DNA of 64,000 bases, taken from contig QPGO01000059.1 of assembly GCA_008632985.1 (NCBI GenBank), positions 186,001-250,000 of the forward strand, read 5' to 3'. The notes beneath the pieces were generated by a model. That model saw only the letters and a list, made by a program, of their open reading frames with translations, was not told the DNA's origin and made no database searches. Origin of the DNA: Psammoneis japonica. Taxonomy: Eukaryota. Positions within the stretch are counted from its first letter, which is position 1. Each line of letters begins with the position of its first letter. Of the stretch, positions 1 through 12,292 are shown piece by piece. The translations under genes were made by a program, and so were the position numbers.

Positions 1-72
1 CGAGTCTCGAGTAAGGTACCGGTACTGTAGCTTCTTTCTAGTTAGTCTAGAGCAACTGATTTGCCCATATTA

Positions 73-1071
73 TTACTCTTGCAACTGAAACATGTACAGT
101 CTCCAGTCTCCCAAACATGTCCATACAAACTCATGTTTGTCTCGTTCCGAATACGGATCGCATCGTATCAAAATCGATAGCAAACTCTGGTCGTGTCGCG
201 CAAACATGAACCCGGCTTGATTCGGGACGTTGCTGCGTTCATCAGAAATCAAGTGATAATCTTTGGACGCCTCCATAAAGTCCATAATGAATTGAAGCGT
301 TCTTCTATTCTTCCGGACTAGCAAGAAATTGCCAGTATACTGGAGACCGTCATCGGGTAAGAGTTGTGGACACAATTTCGCGTAAATGTCACCCTTGGTC
401 CACTCGCGTTCCAAAAACTGCATTTCTTCCAAGGCCAAATCGGCGTTTCGATCCAACATGGTTTCAATCAAGAGAGGTGTCCACGAAACAAAGTCCTCAC
501 GATCGGCATCGGTAAACACTACAAAGTCCCCGTCTGCCAGCTTTTGCAACTCGTGGTATATGATTGTTGGTTTCCAAAACCAATAGCCACCGCCCCGGCG
601 AGAGGCGTGTCGAGTGTTGTTTAAAAATCGCAAATGATCCTTCCAAGAAGGATCTTGTAAAATATAAGATGGAAAGGATGTATATGCAATAATTTCATTT
701 CTGGTGAAGACTCCGCTCTTGATAACCTTGTCAACATGCTCATCAACTTCCTGCTTGTATTCGTCGTTTTGGGAACCAAACTTGGCAGTCAAGTGAAGGA
801 CTCTGTGCTGTTTTTGACCATGCGGTCGTAACCATAAACTGTATTCCGGACAACCAACGTAAAGATAGCGATTCTTCCACGTCCACAGCATCTTTTTGTG
901 AAACAACACGAGAATGGACAATTGAAAAAAGAACAACACTTTTCGTCGACTCCTCAACAGCACAAAAAGTCGCCTTGCATGTTTGCTGCGGCTTTCAACT
1001 TCAGTCTCACTTGACACCGCGACAGTCGGAGGAGTAGAGATTCGTTGTCGTACTTTGCTGGCATCGTTCAT
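73..1071 (-). CDS. Putative type II membrane glycosyltransferase-like protein (DUF1647-like)
   Basis: 332-aa ORF with an N-terminal hydrophobic anchor, GGGYWFWKPTII, a DxD motif (DAD) and C-terminal RHDQSLLS. Confidence 0.55.
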   Translation of the reverse strand: MNDASKVRQRISTPPTVAVSSETEVESRSKHARRLFVLLRSRRKVLFFFQLSILVLFHKKMLWTWKNRYLYVGCPEYSLWLRPHGQKQHRVLHLTAKFGSQNDEYKQEVDEHVDKVIKSGVFTRNEIIAYTSFPSYILQDPSWKDHLRFLNNTRHASRRGGGYWFWKPTIIYHELQKLADGDFVVFTDADREDFVSWTPLLIETMLDRNADLALEEMQFLEREWTKGDIYAKLCPQLLPDDGLQYTGNFLLVRKNRRTLQFIMDFMEASKDYHLISDERSNVPNQAGFMFARHDQSLLSILIRCDPYSERDKHEFVWTCLGDWRLYMFQLQE

Positions 1072-1491
1072 TGTTTGCTAGAATGGCAATTACGGACATG
1101 GGCAGCGATGATGCTGATGCGGTTTCAGTTTCTCGCCTTGCTCATGGTGTTCGTGCGTGACGTGCCCAACCGCGCGCTTTTTGATCTGTGTCGGAAGCAG
1201 ACAACCCGGAATCGGTTCGGATTGATGACGAACCTTGCAGTCCTCGTCTTTTTTGTTGCTCGCTGGTGATAGTGCTCTTATGATAGAGAGATGTTATTAC
1301 GCTTGTAGCTCGAGCTCACAATCAAAAACTAATGTCACCATGTCACCCACATTATGCACGGGTACAAAGAACAATGATGTGGCTTCTGGCAAGGGCAAGG
1401 AGGACCAGCACCACGAGACAGAGCACGCTTGACATGCATTCGAAAAAAATACCTGGTGGCTATATATTACCTACTCTAGAACATGCGCTAT

Positions 1492-2211
1492 CTAAACCTT
1501 ATACCCAAACTCCTTCAACAAGTCTCTGCGATTCTGAATGTCTTGTTCCGTCTCAACACCCAAAGGAGTTTGTCCGTCAATAACTCCCATTATTCCTCTC
1601 CCAGATGGTGTCTCTGCTACCACAACCTCAAGCTTGTTAGCTGTTGCACAGAAAATGCGACACACCTCGGGTACCATCTTGAGCGTATTCAGGACATGAA
1701 TAGGAAACGTTGGCTCGCCCAAAAAGAGAATGAAAGAATGGCCGCAAGCAATGTTTTGAGCATTCTTCTTGGCAAGTTCAATCAGCGCATCATCCGTTCC
1801 GGTCCACCTGACCAATCGATCGCCTGACGCTTCGCAAAATCCCAGCCCAAACTTGATTCCAGGAACGGCGCCTACCAAAGCCTCGTGGATGTCGTCGACG
1901 GTTTTGATAAAGTGTGTCATTCCGAGAATGAGATTGACGTCGTCAGGTTTGTCAATCTCGACAACGGAGTTGGTGAATGACGTCATGGACAAACCTACAA
2001 GAAAAGAAAAGATTTTTTGAGGAGCGTTGCGCAGATGAGAGCGTATGAAAACGTAATAGAAAAGGAAACGAAGACGTCGTGACAATCGCCTACCGCGTGT
2101 GGCTTTAAATGTATTGAACCTCAATCCAATAGGAGGTGAAACAACAAACGAATAAGATCTTGGGAAAAACAAGGCTGTCAAAGCGATGCCACGTAACCTC
2201 GTGCATATCAT
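1492..2211 (-). CDS. Adenosine-specific kinase family protein (PF04008-like) with N-terminal targeting peptide; probable in-frame intron 1995-2093
   Basis: Core NLILGMTHFIKTVDDIHEAL...FGLGFCEASG...GHSFILFL...PEVCRIFCATAN...GRGIMGVIDG...FGYK matches the prokaryotic family. A 99-nt GTAGGC...TTCTTGTAG segment removes a low-complexity insert, giving ...KATRGLSMTSF. Confidence 0.85.
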   Translation of the reverse strand: MICTRLRGIALTALFFPRSYSFVVSPPIGLRFNTFKATRGRRLSRRLRFLFYYVFIRSHLRNAPQKIFSFLVGLSMTSFTNSVVEIDKPDDVNLILGMTHFIKTVDDIHEALVGAVPGIKFGLGFCEASGDRLVRWTGTDDALIELAKKNAQNIACGHSFILFLGEPTFPIHVLNTLKMVPEVCRIFCATANKLEVVVAETPSGRGIMGVIDGQTPLGVETEQDIQNRRDLLKEFGYKV

Positions 2212-2506
2212 CTTGTTTCAACTGCGTTGCGGTGCTTCGTCGTTTTGGTTTTGATGATGGGGATGAGATGATGATGTTCGATGCGAACCCGTCGAAAGAG
2301 CTGACAACTCACGACTGAAGCAAGAGGGTCGGTCGTGGCATAAGACTGAAAATGAAGTATGTGGTCGCGATTCACGACCGAGATGTTTTCTCCAGTCGTG
2401 TTCGTTTCACGAGAGATTGCCGTTTGATCGCTGAAACAAAGCTCCGCACAACGCACGACCTTTGGTAGTGTCGCAATCGAGTTCCGAGTTATGTGATCAA
2501 GAAGCC

Positions 2507-3064
2507 ATGCTTTTCATGAGACTTTTATTGTCACTCCGCCTAATCATATGGACCCTACCGGTGTCGCTACAAGCTACCAGACGAGCAGCCGCCGAGGCTG
2601 ACACAACCCGGTGTGAAACGTGTGCTCTGCCTGCCGATAGTGGTCGCTGTAGGGCTCTCTTTCCGCGATGGTTCTTTTCCTCGACAACAGGATTGTGTGA
2701 ATCCTTTAGATATGGCGGATGCGAGGGTAATGACAACCGATACGAAACCAAAGAAGCCTGTGACAGCAACAAATGTCTGGCATGTCCCGACATTCAATGC
2801 ATGGTTTGTGCCCTCCCACCCGAGTCGGGTGAGTGTGAAGCTGCCATTCCCAAGTGGTACTACGACCCCACCACGCTTTCCTGTCAAGAGTTTGTCTGGG
2901 GTGGGTGCGATGGGGGTAGCAATGCCAATCGGTTTGATTCGCAAGCGGACTGCGAAGCTTTTGGTTGCCAGAGTTGCCATGGAGAGGATGAGTGCTTTTG
3001 CACATGGGGACCAATCATATGCTTCTTTGTGTGTGGAATCCGATCCATTTTCAGTGTATCCTAA
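2507..3064 (+). CDS. Secreted two-domain Kunitz/BPTI protease inhibitor, copy A
   Basis: Signal peptide plus two C-x8-C...F-x-YGGC-x-GN-x-N-R-Y/F...C-x3-C domains. Confidence 0.9.
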   Translation: MLFMRLLLSLRLIIWTLPVSLQATRRAAAEADTTRCETCALPADSGRCRALFPRWFFSSTTGLCESFRYGGCEGNDNRYETKEACDSNKCLACPDIQCMVCALPPESGECEAAIPKWYYDPTTLSCQEFVWGGCDGGSNANRFDSQADCEAFGCQSCHGEDECFCTWGPIICFFVCGIRSIFSVS

Positions 3065-3289
3065 AGTGGAACAAAGGATGATATCGTTGCATTGTAGATC
3101 ACAATGTTTTACTTCAGAAGAGTTTTATTTTCCTCCATTCACGCTTTTTAGTGCCTCAAAATCTCTAGAGCATGCACGCAGCACGAACGCCACAAGGAAA
3201 CGCTCCCCCGAATGGTTCAGAGAACAACTCATGCACTCGATTCTCATTTATGGTTCCCTAAATTGCTCAAGACGGTAGCGCTAGGACTC

Positions 3290-3910
3290 TGGGTAGGCTG
3301 TGGGAAAATATCAATATCCGACTTTACCTTGGGAGGCTTCCAACCGAACTTGACCCACAGATCAATCAAGGAAAGACTGACATTGTCGGTATCACCTATG
3401 CTGTTTCCTTCTGAGACACTGATAAGCTGCGCAATTGAGCTGCCACTTGTTCCTGGACACGAGAAGAACCTTTCTTCTCATTCCTTTTCGAACAACAACA
3501 CCAATTACAGGCTTGAACTCTCCTCCATTCCGACAGTGGAACTAGACGACATGCTTGACTATTTTCCGAAGCACGAGTTCGTAGTTAACAAGTGATGACA
3601 ACATCAAAAATGCAGTGAAACGTATGAGTGTACGACTTCGACGCTTCAATGACATCTCGTACTCGACGCAAGCGACCCAGCAAAATTGCGGAAGCACAAT
3701 TGTTGCCTGCGGAAGCATGTTGATTGAGAAACGCCGTGGTCGCCGCATCGATCTTTTTCCCGGACGAACAGGCACATGCGAGGTTTCCTTTAGCCCCAAG
3801 CCCACATTCTCCGTTTGGTCACTGTCAACGGGAGTCGCCATGTTGTCATTTGGCGCATTGGTCTTTGCCATGTGTTGTAATTTTCACGGAAAGTGCTGGC
3901 AGTTGCAGCT
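3290..3910 (+). pseudogene. Decayed gene of unknown function, copy A (copies B about 19310-19930, C about 27150-27840)
   Basis: Homologous sequence follows each Kunitz gene. Reading frames are broken at different points in each copy. Shared peptides KR.SVR.RRFNDISYSTQATQ..CG.TIV.CGS.L.EKRR and a C-terminal hydrophobic segment. Confidence 0.5.
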
Positions 3911-6900
3911 GTTGTACTCTAGGATCGCTCTCGATCGTCATCGTGTTAAAAAAAGTGAGTGGGTGGTGGATGCTCTTTGAGATGACCAAGAAGTTTTAGC
4001 AAGAACCTGGCGGTGTTCGACACCATGATTCCTTGGTTCATTTGCATCCATCAAGCTCCCAGAATTTGCCTGTGCAAAAAAAAAAAGCACAATCTGTTGA
4101 TGCTTGTGTTGAAGACACGGCAATCAGGTGCCATGCTGCCATTTTGTTGGTTGCTGCACATGCCAGAGTCTTGGCCTTGTCTTCAATTTCAAGACCAAGA
4201 CTGTCATGTGGGATGATGTTGCTGTCCCCCACACATCCAGAAGGATTGCAGAACCAGCATGAAACCAAAAGGATTGTTGGACCAGCGTGAAACCTCAAAT
4301 GTTGAACTCACCAACAGGGCTTAGCCTGTTTCTGTGCTGGTGCTGGCTGCCCCACATTGACAGACTTGTGCCATTTCAAGCAATGAACATGACAAGCACA
4401 ACTGTCAGAAGTTGGCATTGGGGTGCAATCATTTGTCTGAGAGTCAAAAAGATGACCCATTGGAGCCATTTGGTCAGCACCCCTGGCCCTCCAACTGAAC
4501 TGTGAGTCAAGCCTTGTTGTGCCAAAGCACACACCACACCTCAAGTTCTTTGTCCTGTTGCAAGGAAAGAAGTTGATGAGCTTGAAAACATTGGAGTCAT
4601 TGCTCAAGATGCCACTTCCAAGTGGGGCGCACCTTTTTTTGTTCTGACCAAAGAAAATTGCAGAGTTCATTTCTCAACCAACTTGCGGCACCTCAACTCA
4701 TGTCTCACATGCCATCATTGCCCAATGCCAAGCCCCAACAATGTGATTTGGAAGATCAACAGGCTCACATGCACCACCTGCTTTGATCTGAACCACAGCC
4801 ATTGCTGTTGACTGTGAGCTGAGCAAGCTTTGATCTGTCATCTTGCTGAGGGGCAAGAAGTGTTGCTGCCTTTGTCTCCCACAAGGAGCCATGCCTTCAA
4901 GCAAGAAAATCTTTCAAGCTTTCATGAACCAACACTGCTTCAGCAACTTGGGAGACACTGCTGCTTTCTTTGACAACATCCTTTTGTTTGCAAAGTCTCA
5001 ACCTTTGTTCAGCACCTTCAACAAATCAAGGTCAATCTTCAATGGCTGGGCACTGGACACTGGAGACAAGAACAACCTTTGAGCGCACATTGAAAGAACT
5101 TTTTTCACTGCTCCTGAGGTTGACTTCTTGGGTCATCATGTCACAAGGAAGGGATTCACACCTCAGAAGCAAAAGACTGTTCCTGTGCTTTGTTCTGCAT
5201 CTCTAAAAAACAGAAACCAGCTCAGATCATTCAAAGGATTTGTGGATTTCTACAAAAAATTTTGGCGCCTCTTGCAAGCTGCGTTGTCTCTCCCCAGATC
5301 AAGCTTCCATGAACTGAGGTTGAAGAACAAGCCTTCCAAGCCATTGAGAAAGGCATTGCTTGCGCCAGACATTCTTGTTGCATTTTCCAGATTTAAACAA
5401 GACTTTTTTTTCTTTCCAGTGTGTGCAACTGTCAACTTGTTGGCACCATCTTGACCCAGGTGCTTTTCAATGGCAAGTGGTCCATTGCATTCCACAGCTG
5501 CAAGTCACAGCTGTCTCAAGTGCAGTGCAGCTGTGCGCCAATGTGGGGAAGGAGCTGCTGCCTGCCATTAAGACAATGAATGCTTTTTTTCTCATGGCAT
5601 TTCACTTGGACACCAGCAAGGGCATGTCACGAATGACCACGAAAACTTGACCTTCAACAAGCTCAAGTCACAGAGCATGTCAAACATTGGCGCCCATTGT
5701 TGGAAGAGTGTGGCTGTGCTTTTGAACATCATCCTGGCAAGGACAACACCACTGCCAACTTTTTGAGAGCCATCGTCTGAGATGACCAATGTCTGCCAAC
5801 ATCTTTGAAGAAGCCGTGACTTTGGAGTTCAACTGAAAATGAGTTTCCAGTCACCTGTGACTGTGCTGCAGAGCATCAAGAAGCTGCTGGCAAGTCTCTT
5901 CAGCTCAGCAAGAAAGCCTCTTCCATGCGTGCAAACCACAAGTTTCAAAAACATCAAACCGCTCTGTTGAGTGACAAGATTGTCCTTCTGTTTGCTTTGT
6001 CTCTGGCTGTGTTGTTGCGTTGGCATCACAATTCTTTCTGCAATTTTAGAGCCAGCTGCACCCACACTGCTCTTGCTCCCCACTTCTGCACTTGGAATGT
6101 GCAAGAGCTGGTCCACCGTTTTGTCCATGAGCACCAGATTTGTCAGAAACAGAAATGCACCATGAAAAAGTGTGGCAAACAGCTGCCACCAGATGTCACA
6201 CATGAGCCATGGCAAGTTGTGCAAGCCAATCTCTTTGGCCCCTGGACATTTGCTGACATTGGTGGCATTGTCCAGTTTGTCAAGGCCATCTCTGTGATCG
6301 ACGTCGCCGATGCTTGCTGGGGATCTCAAACTGTCATCACACAGCTCCAAAACCTCCATGAGCCAAAAACATCTCATTGACCACAGATTGTGCATGGTTC
6401 TGTCATCATCTGTGATCTGAGTCAGTTGTTTGTGACAACAGATTGGAGCTCATGTGCTTGAGTTCACAGACCAGCTCAACAGAGGTGGGAAGTTGAGCTC
6501 CCAAGCCAGCAACAATTGAGAGTCCTCAAGCCAGTGCAGTTGTTGAGCACATCCACCAAGTCATCAGCAACTCCACACAATCAACAGACATTGGCTCTCA
6601 ACCTTTTGATTGCTCAACTGTTGACAGCATGCTTCAACCCGTGGTGCTGGCTCTCTGCGTGCTGGTGCTTTTGCCAGCACAATGCAGCCTTTGTGCCAGC
6701 CCCTCTGCTCACATCAGAGTGCACAATGTCACAACATCTGCATGTGTGATAAAAACACATTGCCACATTGTAAAACCCACTTGTCTGCACATGACGGTTT
6801 TTGTCATTTAGCCAATCATTGGTCTCCTGCTGTTCTTCATGTTTGAACACAGATGTTTTTTAATTTTTGTGCTCTGCCTTTTTCGCAACAACTGACAATC

Positions 6901-7554
6901 TTTAATGACAAGCCAAACATTGCAATTGCGTGCAATGCAATTTTCATCATGTAAAGTGTGCGCCAATCATTTGGTCAATGATTGTGCTCCAATTTGCCTG
7001 GTCGTCCGCATCGTCCTCTTCATTCCATGTGTCTTGTCTGCTCTCTTGCAAGAATTTCAAATGTGCCACTGCCGCGTTGGATGTTTCCTTTTCACCGTTC
7101 CAAAAAAGCCACACTGCATGTCTTGCATTTGGGTGAACATCATCGAGAGGAAGAGGTCCCTTGAAACGCCGAATTGCATCGCTGCTCCCCTCTTGATGTC
7201 GTGTCGTTGGCTTCTTTTTCTCTTTCTTCATTTTGCCCATCCTGTTTTTCTCTTCCTTCTTCATCTTGATGCCACCTGTTTTCACCGTCTCTGGCGTCTT
7301 TCCATCCGAATCATTCTTTTTCATCAATCCTGTTGCCGTCGCCTTCATTGTCTCTTGTTGTTGTTTTTTTTTCTGTTGTGTGTCACTTTGTTTTGGATCC
7401 ATGTTTCTGACTTCTCTCCATGCCATCTCTGCTTCCGAGTGTTTCTTTGTGATTGTTTGCATGCGTCACTTGAAGGCACCCACGTGTTCTTCATGTGCCT
7501 TGACGTGCATGCAGAAATCCATGTTGTTTTCCAGCACATGCACCCTTTCTCCTG

Positions 7555-8619
7555 ATGCTGTTTTGCACAATGTTTTCTTCCATCAATTCTGCACTCCGCA
7601 TTGACCTTTCCCGGTGCAATCTCACGCAGGATTTCCCTGGGAGAAGTTGCACACGCGTCTGGTGGGTTTTTGTGTTTAAAACTCCAAATCCCACCAGGTG
7701 CGCATGTGACTTCTCGCATGCACCACTCTGGCACATTTCTGCAGAAACCAGATTTTTTGGTGTTGGAACAGCAACCATGGCGCCGCGTGACCTGTCGGTC
7801 GCCTCTCTGTTGCAAGACAACAATGATTCCCACCTCGAGGAGGCCGCATTTGAATCTCTCTTTGCCAATGGTTTTGGAGTGATCAATGGCAATGAGCAGA
7901 GCTGTGTCAAAGCGAAAATCGAGACGGTGAAATCCAAGGTTCAGTTCCACCGCGATTCCACTTGTGATCCCTCTCCAAATTGGATCGCGCTTGCCTGTGT
8001 GTGGCAAAAGTCAAAGGGCAGACCTCATTTTTTTGCAGAGCCAATGGCTGTGAACTGCATTGTTGCAAAGGAACTTGGGTGCAAGAGCTTGCTGCACTTT
8101 CTTTCCACAAAAGGATGGAGCCATTCCAGTCAAGGCACCAAACATCCTCATGTGTTGGAGCATCGCCGTGCTCCCAAAGCAGAGGACATGAAAGTCGTCG
8201 GCGACAAGGCAAAATCAACAGACATTGCAACCAACATGATGGCAAAGATTTCCATGTTGTGCAAGCTTCTCCATGATCCTGGATTGTGTGACCCAAAGGG
8301 AGAGCCACTTGTCAAGCACATTGAGCTGAGAAGTTTTGAAGGGAAGGTTTTGCATTGCGCGCAATGCCTTCACATTGGTTTTTTGATTCTTCGTGACAAG
8401 ATTCCACTGCACGCACCTGAAAGGAGTGGTGATTGCGATTGTTGGCTTTGCTCCCTGTTCGGCGAATGTGACGAGACATCGACTTGCATCAATTTTTTGG
8501 AGAATTTCCTGGCTCTTGGTCACTGTGAGATGACCAAAGACGAATGCCCTGTGTCCTTCCCTGAATTCGTAAAGTCGTTGTTCCACCAACACAAAAATTC
8601 TTGGGCAAAGCCCATGTGA
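7555..8619 (+). pseudogene. Cargo ORF of the TIR element, unknown function (TpA-mutated)
   Basis: 354-aa ORF inside the TIRs, with no Tyr and excess Cys/His. The real start is probably the ATG near 7777. Confidence 0.45.
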
Positions 8620-8896
8620 CCAGCGATGCTCGATGTCGAGCGAGAACAAATGCGTGCAACACACGTCAATGAGACTCTTTTAAGATGTGTGAAAATTGAT
8701 CGTGTGGTTTCTGCCGCTGACGATTCTGGCAAAAGCAAGGCCACAAGGGATCATTTTGAGGCTATGTGGAAAGCCAGGCTTCGTGACTTTGCCGCTCAGT
8801 GCAAGAAGAAAGAAGCTGGCAATGCAATTCCATCCATTGCAAAAAATGCTCGGAAACAAAAAAATCCAAATGGCATGAATCCATCACATTGTTTGT

Positions 8897-11800
8897 TTGA
8901 TTGTTTGTCCTCCTCTTCTCATCTCCAATTCTTCCATTCTTCTTGCCACCTTTTTAGCTGCCTCCCTTTGCTCCTCAAGCCCCAGTCTCAAAAACCCCAA
9001 AGATGGCGAACCTTCTGATGTTTCTCAGAACAAATCGCTGATTCTCCAAGATGTGCCGACTCTCAAGGAACAATTTGAATGTTTCCAAACAAAGTGGTCG
9101 ACCCTCGGTGCAACTTGTCAGTCATCTCCTCCTCCGCCAGACAATTTCACAAAAGAAGAGCTTGTGAAAGTGTTTCCTGAACCATCTCCGTTTGCGATTC
9201 CGGGTGAGGTGAAGTCACAACATTCTCACCTTGTTGTCTTTGAGGAAACCCCCATTTCCGGTTCCTTTGAGGGGAGCTGTGTCAAGCACCAGTCATTCCA
9301 CAGCATCTCCGATTTCTGCTTGGTGAATCACCTCCGCAAGTTTGTGCATGGATTTGAAAACGGCGTGGCTCCCAACAATCCGACGCAAGAGTTGATGGTT
9401 GCGATCATTTGCCCAACCCAGTCAACCTCTCACGGACAAGATGCATCAGAAATGCTTTTTTGGATTGCGACTCAGTGTGTCGTCGACACTCCGTGCAGTG
9501 TTGGAACATGGCGAGCCGAACGAAAAAAGGGATGGACCAGAATGCAAGTTGCGCTGTTGGATCTGTTTTGGTTGTTGTGGCCAGAATTACGAAGTCGTGG
9601 ACGGTGAGTTGGCTGAAGCAGGACCTGCTCACAAGCCTGGTGCCATCTTTGGCAGGGACAAGTGGGAGAAGCTTCCAAAGGATGTGCAGCTGATGATGGC
9701 CTCAATCTTGGACGCTGCGCAACTCTGTGAGGACAAAATCAATCTTGTTGCTTTGAAAGAAATGCGTTCCTTCTATGACCCGCACCATGATGGTCTTTTC
9801 GTGGCTGAGCTCTGCAAGATGGTTGGAGCCAAGCATTTTAGAAAGGAAGGCATGGAAATTCAAGAGAAGTGCATCTCGTCGTCCGGCGAAAAATCCGTTA
9901 ATTCGAACACCGAGCTGCACATTGACAAAGAGGATTGTGACATGGATGGGTGCACCAAGACTGGTGCTCCTTGCTTGTCACTGCGAGACGCTGTTGGTCG
10001 CTCTTGGTCGTTGAAGGTTGTCACTGCATCCAAAGGTGATGCTGGAAACTGTGTCAGTTCGGCACATGGGCATGCCGAGCTCCGATCGCGTGTGCATGGT
10101 CATTTTGCAAAACTTGATCTGTCACATGCTGCAGAAATGATGAGACACCGTGGCCCTTGTCGTCCTCCGTCGGGCAAGCTGACCCACAGAAACATCAAAG
10201 ATTTTTTCCTTGACCCTCACTCTGTGTGGGTGGAAGAGGAAATTGGCAAGCCAAATCTTCCGTCTGACACAGTTGAATGTCCCGTTGTTGTCATGCCGAG
10301 GAAACGTCTTCCGTTTCTTGCCATCATGAAGGACTTTAATTTCTCGTGCGGTTGTTTGGCAATCATCGACAACCTTGATGAGGTTGGTGCACACAATTGC
10401 TTTCGTTGCGCCGTTGTGGCTGGGCATCAAACCAGATTCTCCCGTTTTTGCTGCTTGTTGTGCAACACAGATGCTGTGAAGCGTCCTTTTGTGGCTGGCG
10501 ATTGTGTCCTTCATTGCTTCAGAGAAGCTGCAAGGCCATTCAGCAGCATTGCGGGGGATCGCAATGACCGACGCATGCAGAGCCCGGGACTCGATTTCGA
10601 GGAGGTTCATGTGGCAGAGTGCAGGACAAAACTTGACGGTTTGATGGACTTGCTTGTTGGCGGACTGGTTGTCATCATGGGCTGGATCAATGACAATGTT
10701 GGCAAGCCAACGTTTGACCACAAGGTGATCGAGGACATGTTTAAAACCGTGGTCAAAACATGGGATCATGCGGGCGCTGATTGTGGAGAGTTCAGATGCA
10801 TGAACTCTGCACAGGTGTTGATGCTGTGTGGCACAGGGATCCATGCTCACCCTGACCTTCTTAATCTTGTCTGTCCGGCAGCCAAGTTGGGAGCGGTGAA
10901 GCAAATGGAGGAAATGAAGGTCCCGGTGGAGGAGCGCGATTTACTCTTGGAACGGACAGCGGGTGATTTTGATTTGGAAGACTGTGGAAAGAATGGCCCA
11001 GTGTCTTCACTGTGTGACCTGAGTGCAGCTCGTGAAAAGATGGGAATCTGCGATGTCTTTTGTTGTGGACAGCATCCATTGCTCTTGTTCTCTGATGGGC
11101 AATCAATGATCAAGCAGTTTGGAAGGTGTGAATGGGAGCGCCAGCCCCACTCGTGTCGATTGATGAAGTTCGAGCCGAACTGGAACGGCAAAGAGAGGTC
11201 ATTTTTTCATGGCAATCACATTTGTTTTTTGTCTGATTTTGCTGACATTGTCACATTGAATTCTCGTTCTAACAGGAAGAAGGCCGCCGGTGATTTGTTG
11301 TCATTTGCAATGAACAAAAGTGACGATTGCAAGGAGGAGTCAATTGACGAGAACACAAGCGAACTTCCAACTGCTTGCATGGGTGAAGAGGACAAAAGCG
11401 AAGAGCCTGTTGACGATGAGCACAACCAAGTTGCACATTGCTCTGAGGGTGAAGAGGACCACAGCGACTTGGGAGATTGTTTCACAAGTGACAAAACTGA
11501 CGGGGAAACACACGATGCACTGTGGTTGGGGATGACCCGTCCACTCAATGCAAGGCATCTATCTTCTCAAGAATTGTGCTCTGAGAAGGGGGTGGCCTCA
11601 GTGTCACCTGACCAACACAGGCGAGACGAGGCATGCGCAATGGCATTTGAGGAAACTGACAAAACAATCACAAACGTCGTTCCAACAGTTTCTCTCCAAG
11701 ACAGCCATCCTGATCTGCACTTAAATTGCAGTGTGAAAGCAAGAGATTTCGTCAAGAGAGTCAAGCAGCAGTTTGAGAAAATTGTTGATTTTGACAATCA

Positions 11801-12269
11801 TGGGTTCGACCAAATCATGTTGGACTGCTGCTGGATGCCAGATGGAGAGTGGCGCGATTCTCGTTTTGGGACGACTCAATTTTTCCAGAATCCAATTGAT
11901 CTTCGGGCCTTGCTCTCCAAAAACGGAGAAGGGGGGGACACAGTGATTCCCTTTGCTCTTGCAACCTTCTTCCAATTGTCGGCTGTGTTCGACATGTGCA
12001 CAATGGACAATGATGCTGCAAAGAGCCGTGCAAGCACATTCTTTGCAAGTGACCTCATGACCCAAGAACAACTAGAACGGTGGTTGGGAAAGCCTTCCGA
12101 TCAGGAAGAAGCTCATCTTGGAGTTTCAGAAGAAGACATCAGAACGAAAGCAATGGAAGGTGCTCGTGCCGCACTGCTTCACGTGTGCCACAATGACTTT
12201 GCCAATTCTGAAAGGATCAAATTCATCATGTTTGCAAGAAAGAGCCAGGAAATCACTGTGAGTGAATGA
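8897..12269 (+). pseudogene. Large multidomain cargo gene of the TIR element; possible HxD dioxygenase-like region and C-terminal SAM-methyltransferase-like domain
   Basis: Overlapping 236-aa and 956-aa ORFs (probable frameshift at about 9400-9600). Motifs LHIDKED (about 9915), ALWLGM (about 11517) and FDQIMLDCCWMP (11805-11840). Domain calls are by eye only. Confidence 0.45.
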
Positions 12270-12292
12270 CAGATTGATGCGCGCATCCCATT

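Noticed and set aside
4000..4100. 5' LTR or primer-binding site for Gypsy copy 1
   Set aside because: No match to the 18224-18413 LTR. The element begins abruptly at the duplication breakpoint.
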